Shown one piece after another: positions 55,394-64,000 of a stretch of 64,000 nucleotides of DNA. The notes under the pieces are model-generated. The model saw only the letters and a list, made by a program, of their open reading frames with translations. It had not been told where the DNA came from and ran no database searches. A program made the position numbers and the translations under genes. Position 1 is the first letter of the stretch, and every line of letters begins with the position of its first letter. The DNA comes from Candidatus Altiarchaeales archaeon (lineage in GTDB: Archaea; Altiarchaeota; Altiarchaeia; IMC4; QMZM01), in the NCBI GenBank assembly GCA_963749405.1, contig CAVVMY010000015.1, positions 287 to 64,286 on the forward strand. Direction: 5' to 3'.

Positions 55394-55676
55394 CTACTTT
55401 TTACAAATATCCTGTGCAAGGTTCGTGTGGCCGAAATGGACTATCAGGTCCAGGCCAAGAAGCGCTGCCTCTTTTTCTTTGGTGTCGCAGGCACCATATA
55501 CCGGGTCGACGAAGATGACGCACTGGGTCCCTGTTCGTTCCTCTATCTCTTTGGCGACTTCGACTGCATATACTTTCAGGCCTTCCGGAAATTGCAGGCC
55601 TACACATTTTGCTTTTTTTCTTTTTATTTCCTTTATTATGCGATTCTGTTTCGAAAACGTAATCTGATTTTTCCAT
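55394..55676 (-). pseudogene. dph2: remnant of diphthamide synthesis gene dph2 (N-terminal ~90 codons only, with a +1 frame break)
   Basis: The minus strand reads MEKSDYVFETE-[shift]-IIKEIKRKKAKCVGLQFPEGLKVYAVEVAKEIEERTGTQCVIFVDPVYGACDTKEKEAALLGLDLIVHFGHTNL..stop. This matches only the first quarter of archaeal Dph2. Confidence 0.6.
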
Positions 55677-55678
55677 GA

Positions 55679-57437
55679 CTATGTTTCTTCGTCTGCATCG
55701 GCTCTTGCTGCTCTTTTCAGTTCCCTCATCTCTCTGAGGACTGATTTTTCGTCTTCTGTCAGGTCTTCTGCTTTGGTCTTGGCCATGTCCTCTATTGTTA
55801 TGTGGACATAGAGGGTGTCTCCTTCGTTTATCTGTCTTCCGACAGTCACGTTCTCTATGGATATTGCGGCCTTGTCCGGAGCCTGCGCGCTTTTTACGTT
55901 CTCTTTGTCTTTCTGCATCTCTTTTAAGCGGCCGATGACTTTCCCGTCTGCTCTCATGAGCATCGCTCCGGTCCGCAGGGTGCCTGCCTGTATTTCTACG
56001 CCTACGATAGCCGGTTTGCTCTGGCGGAATACGCACTTGGGCAGGAGGCGTATCTTTGCCGGAGAGGCTATTTTGCCTTCTCGTTCGGCTTTCTCTTTTT
56101 CCTTTTCTTTTTTCACCCAGTCTTCGTAGTTCTCTATCAGCTTGTATATTATATTGCTTTCGAATATCTTTATCTTTTTGTCTTCTGCGAGTTTCTTTGC
56201 CTCTGGGAGTGTTTCAGTGTTGAAGGCGATTATGACTCCGGCATATCTGTCCTGTTCTTTTACTGATACGGACTCTATTATGTCTGCGTTGGCGACTTTG
56301 CCGATTGTGGCCTTCCGTATGGCTATTTTTTTGTCGGTGAACAGCTTTACAAGCGCTTCAAGCGAGCCTATGGTATCTGTCTTTATGGTAACCCCGATGT
56401 TGTCTGTGTTTATCTCTATGTTATCTATCTCCTTTCTCACGGCGCCGGCAAGCTCCGGCCCTCCGACATAGACGGGTGCTCCGGAGAGTGCTTTTTCAAG
56501 GTTCGGCGCAGATATCTTTACCCCTGATGCGGCATATACGCTGTTTACGTTCAGGAATTTTTCCCGGGGATCGCGCATCTCGTCGAGTGGTTTAGGCCGC
56601 AGCAATGCCCTTACTGTGGTCACTATCGGCTCTTTTGCTCCTACTACTATCTGGTCGTTTTTCCGTATTACTCCGTCGTATATTATGACGTCGATTGTGG
56701 TTCCGAGGCCTCTTTCTTCTTTTACTTCCAGTATCGTGCCTTTTGCCGGGGAGTTCATCTCCACTGACAGTTGCTCTGCGAGGTATTGCTGTGCCAAACC
56801 GATTAGTATCATTAATAGTTCGGGCACATTCTCTCCTTTTTTTGCGGATATGGGAACGATGGCAACCTCTTTTCTGAAGTCTGTTATCTGCGTGAATAGT
56901 TGTGAGTCGAATCCCTGCTCTGACAGTCTGCCCGACTAGTTTGTAGAATTTCGTGTAGAATTCTTCCTTCGTCCTTTCCAGTTGTTCGTCTATTTTGACG
57001 CCGGCTCTCCATCCGGATATTGCGTCTATTTTATTTGCCGCAACTACGTAGGGCGTTTTGTATTGCTTGAGTATCTGTATCGCTTCTATGCTCTGGGGCA
57101 TAAGGCCTTCGTTTATGTCCACCACGAGTATGGCCAGGTCGGAGACGCTTCCTCCGCGCCTGCGAAGGTTGGTGAATGCTGCGTGACCCGGTGTGTCTAT
57201 GAAAAGGAGGCCGCGTACGTTTATCTTTGCCCCCATGGCGTTCAGCAATGGACCGCATATCCTCTTCACGGCATCGAACGGGACGTCGGTTGCGCCTATG
57301 TGCTGCGTTATGCCGCCGGCCTCCCTTGAAGCAACGGAACTGCTCCTGATCCAGTCAAGAAGCGTGGTCTTCCCGTGGTCCACGTGCCCCAGCACCGAGA
57401 TGATAGGCTCCCGTGTGTGTCTCAGTTCCTCTGTCAT
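55679..57437 (-). CDS. infB: translation initiation factor aIF5B (IF2-type GTPase), reading frame interrupted (+1) near 56927
   Basis: The G domain carries [17 protein letters not shown] and NKID. The expected continuation [11 protein letters not shown]...[18 protein letters not shown]... is in the +1 frame and joins ORF 55679..56827. Confidence 0.9.
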
Positions 57438-57469
57438 GGTATAAGAAATAGATTACAGGCTTAATAGTT

Positions 57470-58309
57470 TTACAGGTTTGCTGAGACGTTCTTGAAATGG
57501 GTTTTTGCGATATAGGGCAGCAGATGCTTTGGTATGTTTTTTGGTTTGACGCCTCTGATACTTATTTTGTATTCTGCTTCCAGTCTGTCTACTTCCTTTT
57601 CGAAAAGATATTTTGCCAGGATGCTTGCTGCGGCAACAGAGGTCTCGGATTCGCCGCCTGTCTTCTGCACGACCACCAGGTTCTTTTTTTCAAGGTCCCT
57701 CAGCTTTTCCTCGGTCTTCCTGTAGTCGAACATGTCGATTACTATCTTTGCATTGCCGTATTCTATTTCTGATAGGACTTTTTTTATGAGGTCTGTGTGT
57801 ATCTGCGCCAGTAAGTCGTTTAGGTTCTTTCCGGATTTTGCATATTCACTGTAGATTTTGTTGTACTCTTCAGGCGCAAGGATGCAGACCTCTTTTATTT
57901 TTTTTCCGTCTGTCAGTTCTTTTCCCATTCTCAGAAGCGCCTTTTTGCCTATTTTTTTGCTGTCCCTCACCCCTTTTCTGCGCAGGGCAGGTATCTCTTT
58001 TGGTTTCAGGGCCACGCAGGCGATGGCAAGTGGGCCGTACCATTCGCCTTTTCCAGCTTCGTCGGTTCCTATCACGTAGTCGTATTTGTCGTCCTCGGTG
58101 AGAAAAGTCCTCAGCACTTCCTTGACTGCGTCGCCTTCCCTGTAAGCGACGTTGCCGCCTTTGTATCCGACGATGAATATCCCGGTTCTCCGGTCGTCGA
58201 AGCGGTATAGCTCATACTGGCTCTTTATACCTGTTTCTTTTACATTATTCTCTGTAAGAATCCTTCGGAGTTCTTTTAGCTCTTCAGGGGAAAGAAATAT
58301 GGATTTCAT
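57470..58309 (-). CDS. type-2 RNase H with N-terminal extension, RNase HIII-like
   Basis: 279 aa. A ~75-aa N-terminal domain precedes IGTDEAGKGEWYGPLAIA. Further matches are RDSKK, VIDMFD, GGESETSVAAASILAKYLF (Glu rather than Asp before the VAAASI helix, as in HIII) and KTHFKNV at the C-terminus. Confidence 0.6.
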   Translation of the reverse strand: MKSIFLSPEELKELRRILTENNVKETGIKSQYELYRFDDRRTGIFIVGYKGGNVAYREGDAVKEVLRTFLTEDDKYDYVIGTDEAGKGEWYGPLAIACVALKPKEIPALRRKGVRDSKKIGKKALLRMGKELTDGKKIKEVCILAPEEYNKIYSEYAKSGKNLNDLLAQIHTDLIKKVLSEIEYGNAKIVIDMFDYRKTEEKLRDLEKKNLVVVQKTGGESETSVAAASILAKYLFEKEVDRLEAEYKISIRGVKPKNIPKHLLPYIAKTHFKNVSANL

Positions 58310-58310
58310 T

Positions 58311-58865
58311 TCAGCATCTGACAGTGTCGATCACTTTTTCGAGTATCAGGTTTGCGTCTTCGTGGCTTTTGACGTCGCCTATGAGCACTTTTCCTGATTT
58401 GAAGACCATAGCTGTTCCCTTGGTTTTGGGTAGCGCGTATGTAAGGAAGACTGCGGGGCACTTTTTTGGGTCGTATGCTGCGTTTTCTTTTTCTGATAGT
58501 TTTTCCAGGTCTATGACGATTTCCGGGAGGTAGTCGCGTATGTTGCCTGTGGCCAGCACGTTTTCTATCTCTATCTCGGTGTCGGCTCTGAGCGTTATCC
58601 TGTTTCCCAGTTCTTTGAGTTTTCTTTTCAGTTCCCAGAAAGCCGATTCTATCTCCTCGCTGTTCTTTGCGCCGTTTAGGAATACTATGCCTGAGGAGAA
58701 GATCATCATCTTTATGTTGTGCTTTGGGTGGGTGTATATGTAGGCTGGGAGGTTTTTTCCTTCTTCCAGGCCTTCTCTTTGGGCGCGTCTTTCGTCTATG
58801 TTGAGGCTTTGTTTGTAGTCTATCCTGCAGAATATGTTCTCTATCCGCGACTTTGCTTTCAACAC
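58311..58865 (-). CDS. tbp: TATA-box binding protein (divergent)
   Basis: 184 aa with two repeats. Repeat 1 reads IENIFCRIDY...MMIFSSGIVFLNGAKNSEE. Repeat 2 reads IENVLATGNI...AMVFKSGKVLIGDVKSHED. The start is non-ATG (TTG/GTG). Confidence 0.7.
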   Translation of the reverse strand: MLKAKSRIENIFCRIDYKQSLNIDERRAQREGLEEGKNLPAYIYTHPKHNIKMMIFSSGIVFLNGAKNSEEIESAFWELKRKLKELGNRITLRADTEIEIENVLATGNIRDYLPEIVIDLEKLSEKENAAYDPKKCPAVFLTYALPKTKGTAMVFKSGKVLIGDVKSHEDANLILEKVIDTVRC

Positions 58866-58996
58866 GGTTAATAATTATGCTCTGCGCTTAAAATGCTTTC
58901 AGGCTGAATCCTATTTTCCGCAAAAAATGGCGGCTGTTCTTTTTTTATAGTAATACTCCTTTATTTAATAATATCCCTAATGCTCTGCTTAGTCTG

Positions 58997-59446
58997 ATGA
59001 AAACCATAGGCGAAATAACCGCAAAGTACCATGACCGATCTGATTTGATCGATCTTTTGTCCGAGGTGCAGGAGGAGTTTGGTTATCTGTCTGAGGCTAA
59101 TATGAGGAGTATCGAGCAGTCTCTTGGCATCCCTTTGGTGGAGATATACGGCGTTGCTACATTCTATGCTTCTTTTAGGCTGCAGCCTGTGGGCAGGCAT
59201 ATTATCCGTGTCTGCAAGGGAACTGCGTGCCATGTGAAGAAGGCGGATATGATAGAGGGTGTGCTTGACGACCTATTGGGGATCCGGGACAAGCAGACGA
59301 CTGAAGACGGCCTGTTCACTTTGGATTGCGTTAATTGCATTGGGGCATGTGCAAAAGCCCCTAACATCATGATAGATGATAAGGTCTACGGCGAGCTGAC
59401 GCGGGAGAAAGTGGAGAAGATAATAAAGGAATTTCCAAAAGAATGA
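58997..59446 (+). CDS. hydC: NuoE-like [2Fe-2S] subunit of bifurcating hydrogenase (HydC)
   Basis: 149 aa with motifs GVATFYASF, VCKGTACH and CVNCIGACAKAP (the four Cys of the thioredoxin-like 2Fe-2S site). Confidence 0.8.
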   Translation: MKTIGEITAKYHDRSDLIDLLSEVQEEFGYLSEANMRSIEQSLGIPLVEIYGVATFYASFRLQPVGRHIIRVCKGTACHVKKADMIEGVLDDLLGIRDKQTTEDGLFTLDCVNCIGACAKAPNIMIDDKVYGELTREKVEKIIKEFPKE

Positions 59447-61233
59447 AAAAACTTTCTGAGTACGTAGATGTCGAGAAAGGCGTAAAAGAGCTTTCAGGGG
59501 ACCGCGTGACAGTTGGCGTGGCCACGTGCGGCATCTCCGCCGGGGCTGGTGAAACTCTCAAGTCTTTGCAGGATGCGAATTTAGGTGTTCTCGTTGATCC
59601 TGTGGGCTGTTCTGGTGCGTGCTTTAATGAGCCTATAGTTACCGTTAAGCAGGGGGGTGTCTATTCGATATATTCGCATGTCACGAAGGATAAGGCGCAG
59701 CTGATAACTGATGCGGTAAAAGCAGGGAGGATATGCGATGAGCTTTTCACTGCGCATGAACTCTCTGAGATGGATTATTATAAGAAGCAGCAGCGTCTTG
59801 TCATGGAGAACTGCGGCCTCATAAATCCTCTTAGCATAGAGCAGTATGCCGCATGCGGCGGCTTCAAAGGCCTTTTGGAGGCGCTTCTTCTGGAGCCTAA
59901 GGAAGTAGTCGATGTGATGAAGGATTCCCGTTTGCGTGGAAGAGGCGGTGCAGGCTTTCCCACAGGGATGAAATGGAGTTTTGTCCTTGGAAAAACAGGC
60001 AAGAAATATCTTATATGCAACGCGGACGAGGGCGATCCCGGGGCTTTCATGAACCGCATCATGCTGGAAAGCGATCCCTTTAAGGTTCTTGAGGGTGTGA
60101 TGATTGCGGCGTATGCTATTGGCGCGGATGAGGCTTTTATCTATATGCGGCTGGAGCGGCCTCTTTCTATTAGAATGATGCAGAAGGCTATTTCTCTTCT
60201 TGGGGAGAAGCATCTTTTGGGCGAGAACATACTGGGCAGAGAGGGATACAATCTTAGGATACGTGTCAAAAAGGGGGCTGGTGCATTCGTTTGCGGGGAA
60301 GAGACCGCGCTTATGAATTCCATAATGGGTCAGAGAGGTTATCCTAGGCCGAGGCCTCCGTTTCCTGCCGAGAAGGGTTTGTGGGACAGGCCGACTATCA
60401 TTAACAACGTTGATACGATGGCCAATGTTGCCACTGTGATGAAGATAGGCCTTGACAGATATAAGAAGATAGGGACTGAGAAGAGCCGCGGCACAAAGAC
60501 TGTCTGCCTCACAGGGAACGTGAAAAGGCCAGGCGTGATAGAAGTCCCTTTTGGTATATCACTTAAGGAGATCGTCTACGACATCGGCGGTGGCACTCCT
60601 GAGGGTACTAAATTTAAGGCTGTGCAGATGGGTGGCCCTGCCGGTGGTTGTATTCCTGTTGAGTTGTTGGGTTTGCCTCTTGATTATGAGCCTTTGACTG
60701 CTGCCGGGGCCATAATGGGTTCTGGCGGGGTTGTGGTCTTGACGGATCGGGACTGCATTGTGGATGTGGCCAGATATTTTATGTCTTTCACCCAGAAAGA
60801 GTCCTGCGGTAAATGTACTCCCTGCCGTGAAGGCACGCTGCGTCTTCTGGAAATACTTGAGAGGCTGACGGATGGAAGCGGTAAGAGAGAGGATATAGAG
60901 CTTGCTAATCGGCTTGCCATTTTCATAAGGGACTCTGCGCTGTGCGGCCTTGGGCAGAATGCGCCTAATCCTGTTCTTTCCACTATGAAGTATTTCATGG
61001 ATGAATACGTCCAGCATGCGGAGCAGAAGACGTGTGCTGCGGGCGTATGCAAGAACATGATAACATATCTCATAACCGATAGGTGCGTCGGCTGCGGCAA
61101 CTGCGCAAGGATATGCCCGGTCGCAGCCATATCAGGTAAATTGAAGACGAAGTATGTGATAGACTCCAAGAAATGCATAAAATGCGGCGAATGCATGCGT
61201 AACTGCGCATTCAAGGCTATAGAGAAAAAATGA
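59443..61233 (+). CDS. hydB: NuoF-like flavin/NAD(H)-binding Fe-S subunit (HydB)
   Basis: 596 aa. An N-terminal thioredoxin-like 2Fe-2S module (TCGISAG...CSGACFNEP) comes first. The FMN/NADH site follows (SRLRGRGGAGFPTGMKW, CNADEGDPGAF). Then come ESCGKCTPCREG and two ferredoxin CxxCxxCxxxCP motifs at the C-terminus. Confidence 0.85.
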   Translation: MKKLSEYVDVEKGVKELSGDRVTVGVATCGISAGAGETLKSLQDANLGVLVDPVGCSGACFNEPIVTVKQGGVYSIYSHVTKDKAQLITDAVKAGRICDELFTAHELSEMDYYKKQQRLVMENCGLINPLSIEQYAACGGFKGLLEALLLEPKEVVDVMKDSRLRGRGGAGFPTGMKWSFVLGKTGKKYLICNADEGDPGAFMNRIMLESDPFKVLEGVMIAAYAIGADEAFIYMRLERPLSIRMMQKAISLLGEKHLLGENILGREGYNLRIRVKKGAGAFVCGEETALMNSIMGQRGYPRPRPPFPAEKGLWDRPTIINNVDTMANVATVMKIGLDRYKKIGTEKSRGTKTVCLTGNVKRPGVIEVPFGISLKEIVYDIGGGTPEGTKFKAVQMGGPAGGCIPVELLGLPLDYEPLTAAGAIMGSGGVVVLTDRDCIVDVARYFMSFTQKESCGKCTPCREGTLRLLEILERLTDGSGKREDIELANRLAIFIRDSALCGLGQNAPNPVLSTMKYFMDEYVQHAEQKTCAAGVCKNMITYLITDRCVGCGNCARICPVAAISGKLKTKYVIDSKKCIKCGECMRNCAFKAIEKK

Positions 61234-62973
61234 AAGTTTCGGTGAGCCTCAACGGGGAATCAGTGGAAGCAGACGACGGGGAGATGATAATAGACGTCGC
61301 CCGAAGGAATGGGATAGACATCCCCCATCTGTGCTGGAACGTCCTCTTCGAAAGGATCGGCGCCTGCCGCATATGCGTAGTTGAGGTCGATGGCAATCCA
61401 AAGCTTGTCGCCTCGTGTTCTACGCCCGTGAAGCAGGGCATGATCATAAGGACGCATACTCCGCGGGTTTTTGAGGCCCGTAGGATGAACCTTGAGTTGC
61501 TTCTCGCCAACCATGATCTGAATTGTACCACATGCGCCAAGAACCTTAAGTGCCGGCTGCAGGAATATGCTCATGATTTCATGATACAAGAGATACCGTT
61601 CGCAGGCAAAAGACGGCAGGAAGAGCCTGATCGTTCCAGTCCCTCCATTGTGAGGGACAATAACAAGTGCATTCTCTGCGAGCAGTGCATACAGGCCTGC
61701 AACAAGATACAGACTGTTTACGCTATCGGCCTGCAGAACCGGGGTTTCAAGACGCGCGTTGCACCTCCCTTGAAGATGAACATGAATGAGAGTGCTTGCG
61801 TTAACTGCGGGCAGTGCGTGGTAGCCTGTCCGACGGGCGCCCTGACGGAAAAGAGCAGCATAAAAGAAGTAGTAAACGCTCTCAACAGTGGCAAATATCT
61901 TATTGCCCAGACTGCGCCGTCTATCAGGGCGACGCTGGGTGAGTGTTTCGGGCTTCCGCCGGGGGTTCCGGTGACCGGGCAGATGGTTTCCGCTCTGAGA
62001 GACTTGGGCTTTCAGAAGGTCTTTGACACGAACTTTGCAGCAGACATAACCATAATCGAGGAGGGAACTGAATTCATAAAGAGATTCAAGGAGAACCGAA
62101 GCCTTCCAATGATAACCACATGCTGTCCCGCATGGATAAAGTTCGCCGAGCAATTCTACTACCAAGAGCTCCACCACATGTCCTCATGCAGAAGCCCGCA
62201 GGCGATACTTGCATCTCTGGTAAAGACATACTATGCAGAAAAGATAGGAAAAGACCCAAAAGACATAGTCCTCATCGACATAATGCCCTGCACTGCCAAA
62301 AAATTCGAGATACTGCGGCCTGAATTCAAAGGAGAAGCAGACTACGTACTCACAACAGTGGAGCTGGCAAAACTCATAAACCAATACAGCCTGGACTTTC
62401 TGAATCTACCGCCTTCGGCTTTTGATTCGCCGATGGGAGAATCAACAGGCGCAGCAGACATATTCGGCCAAACAGGCGGAGTAATGGAAGCAGCACTAAG
62501 ATCAGTCGCAGACCTCATGAGCGGCCAAGACCTCCAAAGCGTTGATTACACCAATGTCCGGGGCATGGCGACAATGAAGGAAGCAGAAGTAGACATAGGA
62601 GGAAACAAAATAAAGATATGCATAGTACACACGCTGGGCGAAGCAAGAAAACTCATGGACCAGATAAGAGCAGGCACAAGCCCATACCACTTCATAGAGA
62701 TCATGGCCTGCTACGGCGGATGCGTCGGCGGAGGAGGACAGCCCGGGCCGCACAGAAAAGAGATACTGGAGAAACGCGCCCGCGCCCTGCGCAAAGAAGA
62801 CTCGGAAAAAAAGAATCAGGAAATCCCATCAGAACCCGGATGTCCTGCGGCTGTACAAGGAATACCTCGGAGAATTCGGAGGGGAAAAAGCGCATAAGCT
62901 GCTGCATACTACTTACACGAACAGGTGCATAATAAAGGAGTGCGGCAATAGTCCTATCCTCCTATTTATTTAA
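61230..62973 (+). CDS. hydA: [FeFe]-hydrogenase catalytic subunit HydA (M3-type, group A3-like), C-terminal tail in +1 frame after 62814
   Basis: The N-terminus has a 2Fe-2S ferredoxin fold and F-cluster Cys motifs. The H-cluster motifs are ITTCCPAW, IMPCTAKKFE and EIMACYGGCVGGGGQP. The conserved tail RKSHQNPDVLRLYKEYLGEFGGEKAHKLLHTTY is read only after a +1 shift at the A-run/GAATC (62805-62817). Confidence 0.85.
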
Positions 62974-63288
62974 GGCTTCTTTCACTGCTGGTTTTCTTAG
63001 GATGTAAAGCAACAATCCGTAGATGAACAGGATTATCGGCGCAAGGACTAGTGTAAGCAGACCGATTATTATAATAACAATGCTCGCCCTTGTTGCTGCT
63101 TTTAAAGCCCATGCCTTTCTGAGATATATGCCTAGTGCGGTTACGAAGTGCAGGGTTAAAATGACTAACGAGAGTAGAATCTGGATAAAAAAGTCAAACC
63201 TGCTGAAGAACAGGAAATAAACAGTCCATAATATTCCGCCCGCTATCAATAATCCCTCTGCGTTCTCTAAATCCCATTTTAATTCCAT
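62962..63288 (-). CDS. small 3-4 TM membrane protein, unknown function
   Basis: 108 aa and strongly hydrophobic. Confidence 0.4.
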   Translation of the reverse strand: MELKWDLENAEGLLIAGGILWTVYFLFFSRFDFFIQILLSLVILTLHFVTALGIYLRKAWALKAATRASIVIIIIGLLTLVLAPIILFIYGLLLYILRKPAVKEALNK

Positions 63289-63299
63289 TGGAATCAGAA

Positions 63300-63839
63300 T
63301 TATTTTTCCGCCTTAAGCTGCACGTAAACTGCTATTCCTCCAAGCAGTGCAGTCGTGAATTGCATGATGCCCATCGACGTCAGAAAGACTGCGGGTATTA
63401 TCGAGGCCGAATACAGTATGTATGCTGTCGTGAATAGAAATCCTGCTTTTGCGGCCGAGCCTGCGAGCAAGGTCAGCAGGTAGTTGTATTCGTGTTTTAT
63501 CTTTGCCTTGAAGGCATACAGGAGGATGAGGTTTCCTGACCAGATGAAGGGCATCATGTATATCAGGAATGCATTGAATGGTCCGAATAATGCGCCTTGC
63601 GCTATTGCTCCGATGCTTGGGGTGAATATTACCGGCAGGGTCTTGTAGGAAGGCAGGCTGAGTGCCGAGCGGATGATGAGCGCGTTCACAAGTATCCCGA
63701 TGATTATTTGCGGCGCGCCCAAGGCGAATGGCAGCATGAATCCGAGTAGTCCAAGCGCAGTCATCTCCAATATCTGGTGCTTTTCGGAGTATTGATAGTA
63801 TGCTTCGTCCAGGTATTTTGATACATACTCAAATTCCAT
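63300..63839 (-). CDS. 5-6 TM membrane protein, unknown function (small-solute transporter-like)
   Basis: 179 aa. It is hydrophobic throughout, and I recognise no family motif. Confidence 0.4.
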   Translation of the reverse strand: MEFEYVSKYLDEAYYQYSEKHQILEMTALGLLGFMLPFALGAPQIIIGILVNALIIRSALSLPSYKTLPVIFTPSIGAIAQGALFGPFNAFLIYMMPFIWSGNLILLYAFKAKIKHEYNYLLTLLAGSAAKAGFLFTTAYILYSASIIPAVFLTSMGIMQFTTALLGGIAVYVQLKAEK

Positions 63840-64000
63840 AAAGGATTAATGGATGCGGTAATATAAATACGCCGCACCCTATCATCCTTGCGAGGCAAAT
63901 AGTTTCAGTAGCGCCTGTTGGACCTGCTTCTGTTGTCCCTGCCATAGCTTCGGTGGGGGCGGTCCCTGTAACTGTGCGACCTGGGCGAAGAGTCCTCGTA

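Noticed and set aside
55401-56036. 211-aa Arg-rich minus-strand ORF
   Set aside because: It is an out-of-frame reading that runs across the aIF5B 3-prime end and the dph2 remnant. The in-frame readings match conserved families.
63905-64000. Minus-strand partial ORF ending ...RSYGRDNRSRSNRRY-stop at the right window edge
   Set aside because: Only 31 codons of low-complexity Arg/Ser tail are visible, which is not enough to call a gene or product.

Overview
The window is archaeal chromosomal DNA. It carries TFB, TBP, aRF1, aIF5B, fibrillarin, eS4, RNase P Rpp29, GINS and RPA, but the lineage cannot be fixed from the sequence alone. About 9 kb (38.3-47.0 kb) is a canonical ribosomal-protein operon running uL3 to uS14, which then continues abnormally into uS7. 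The rest mixes housekeeping genes (pheS, pyrG, dapA, hisD, dcd, flpA, mscS) with accessory regions:

- **Left end (1-10.6 kb):** PrgI/VirB2-like conjugation-type genes, an IS110 element, GT-C/GT2 glycosylation genes, a Gly-rich surface protein and a transposase remnant.
- **14-19 kb:** HerA, an RmuC-like protein and a MntA/HepT toxin-antitoxin pair next to an IS200-like element.
- **27.7-34.3 kb:** a three-gene cluster of sequon-rich or Thr-rich cell-surface proteins.
- **59-63 kb:** a HydABC-type [FeFe]-hydrogenase operon.

I found no rRNA, tRNA or CRISPR array by eye.

The strongest unexplained signals are:

1. Nine reading-frame breaks in conserved genes, including aRF1 (twice) and aIF5B. 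All need the same one-base (+1) correction, and eight of the nine lie on GANTC or AGACTG.
2. A family of GC-rich GGCC-stem hairpins, including an array of about 10 hairpins at 5042-5273. They resemble the terminal hairpins of two 733-bp IS200-like copies that are identical apart from two small compensating differences near the tnpA start, and they supply the Pro-Ala-stop ending of two unrelated genes.
3. A bacterial-style electron-bifurcating [FeFe]-hydrogenase operon in an archaeal context.
4. Truncated pheT and dph2.

All functional calls come from reading the supplied translations against remembered family signatures. No database search was run.
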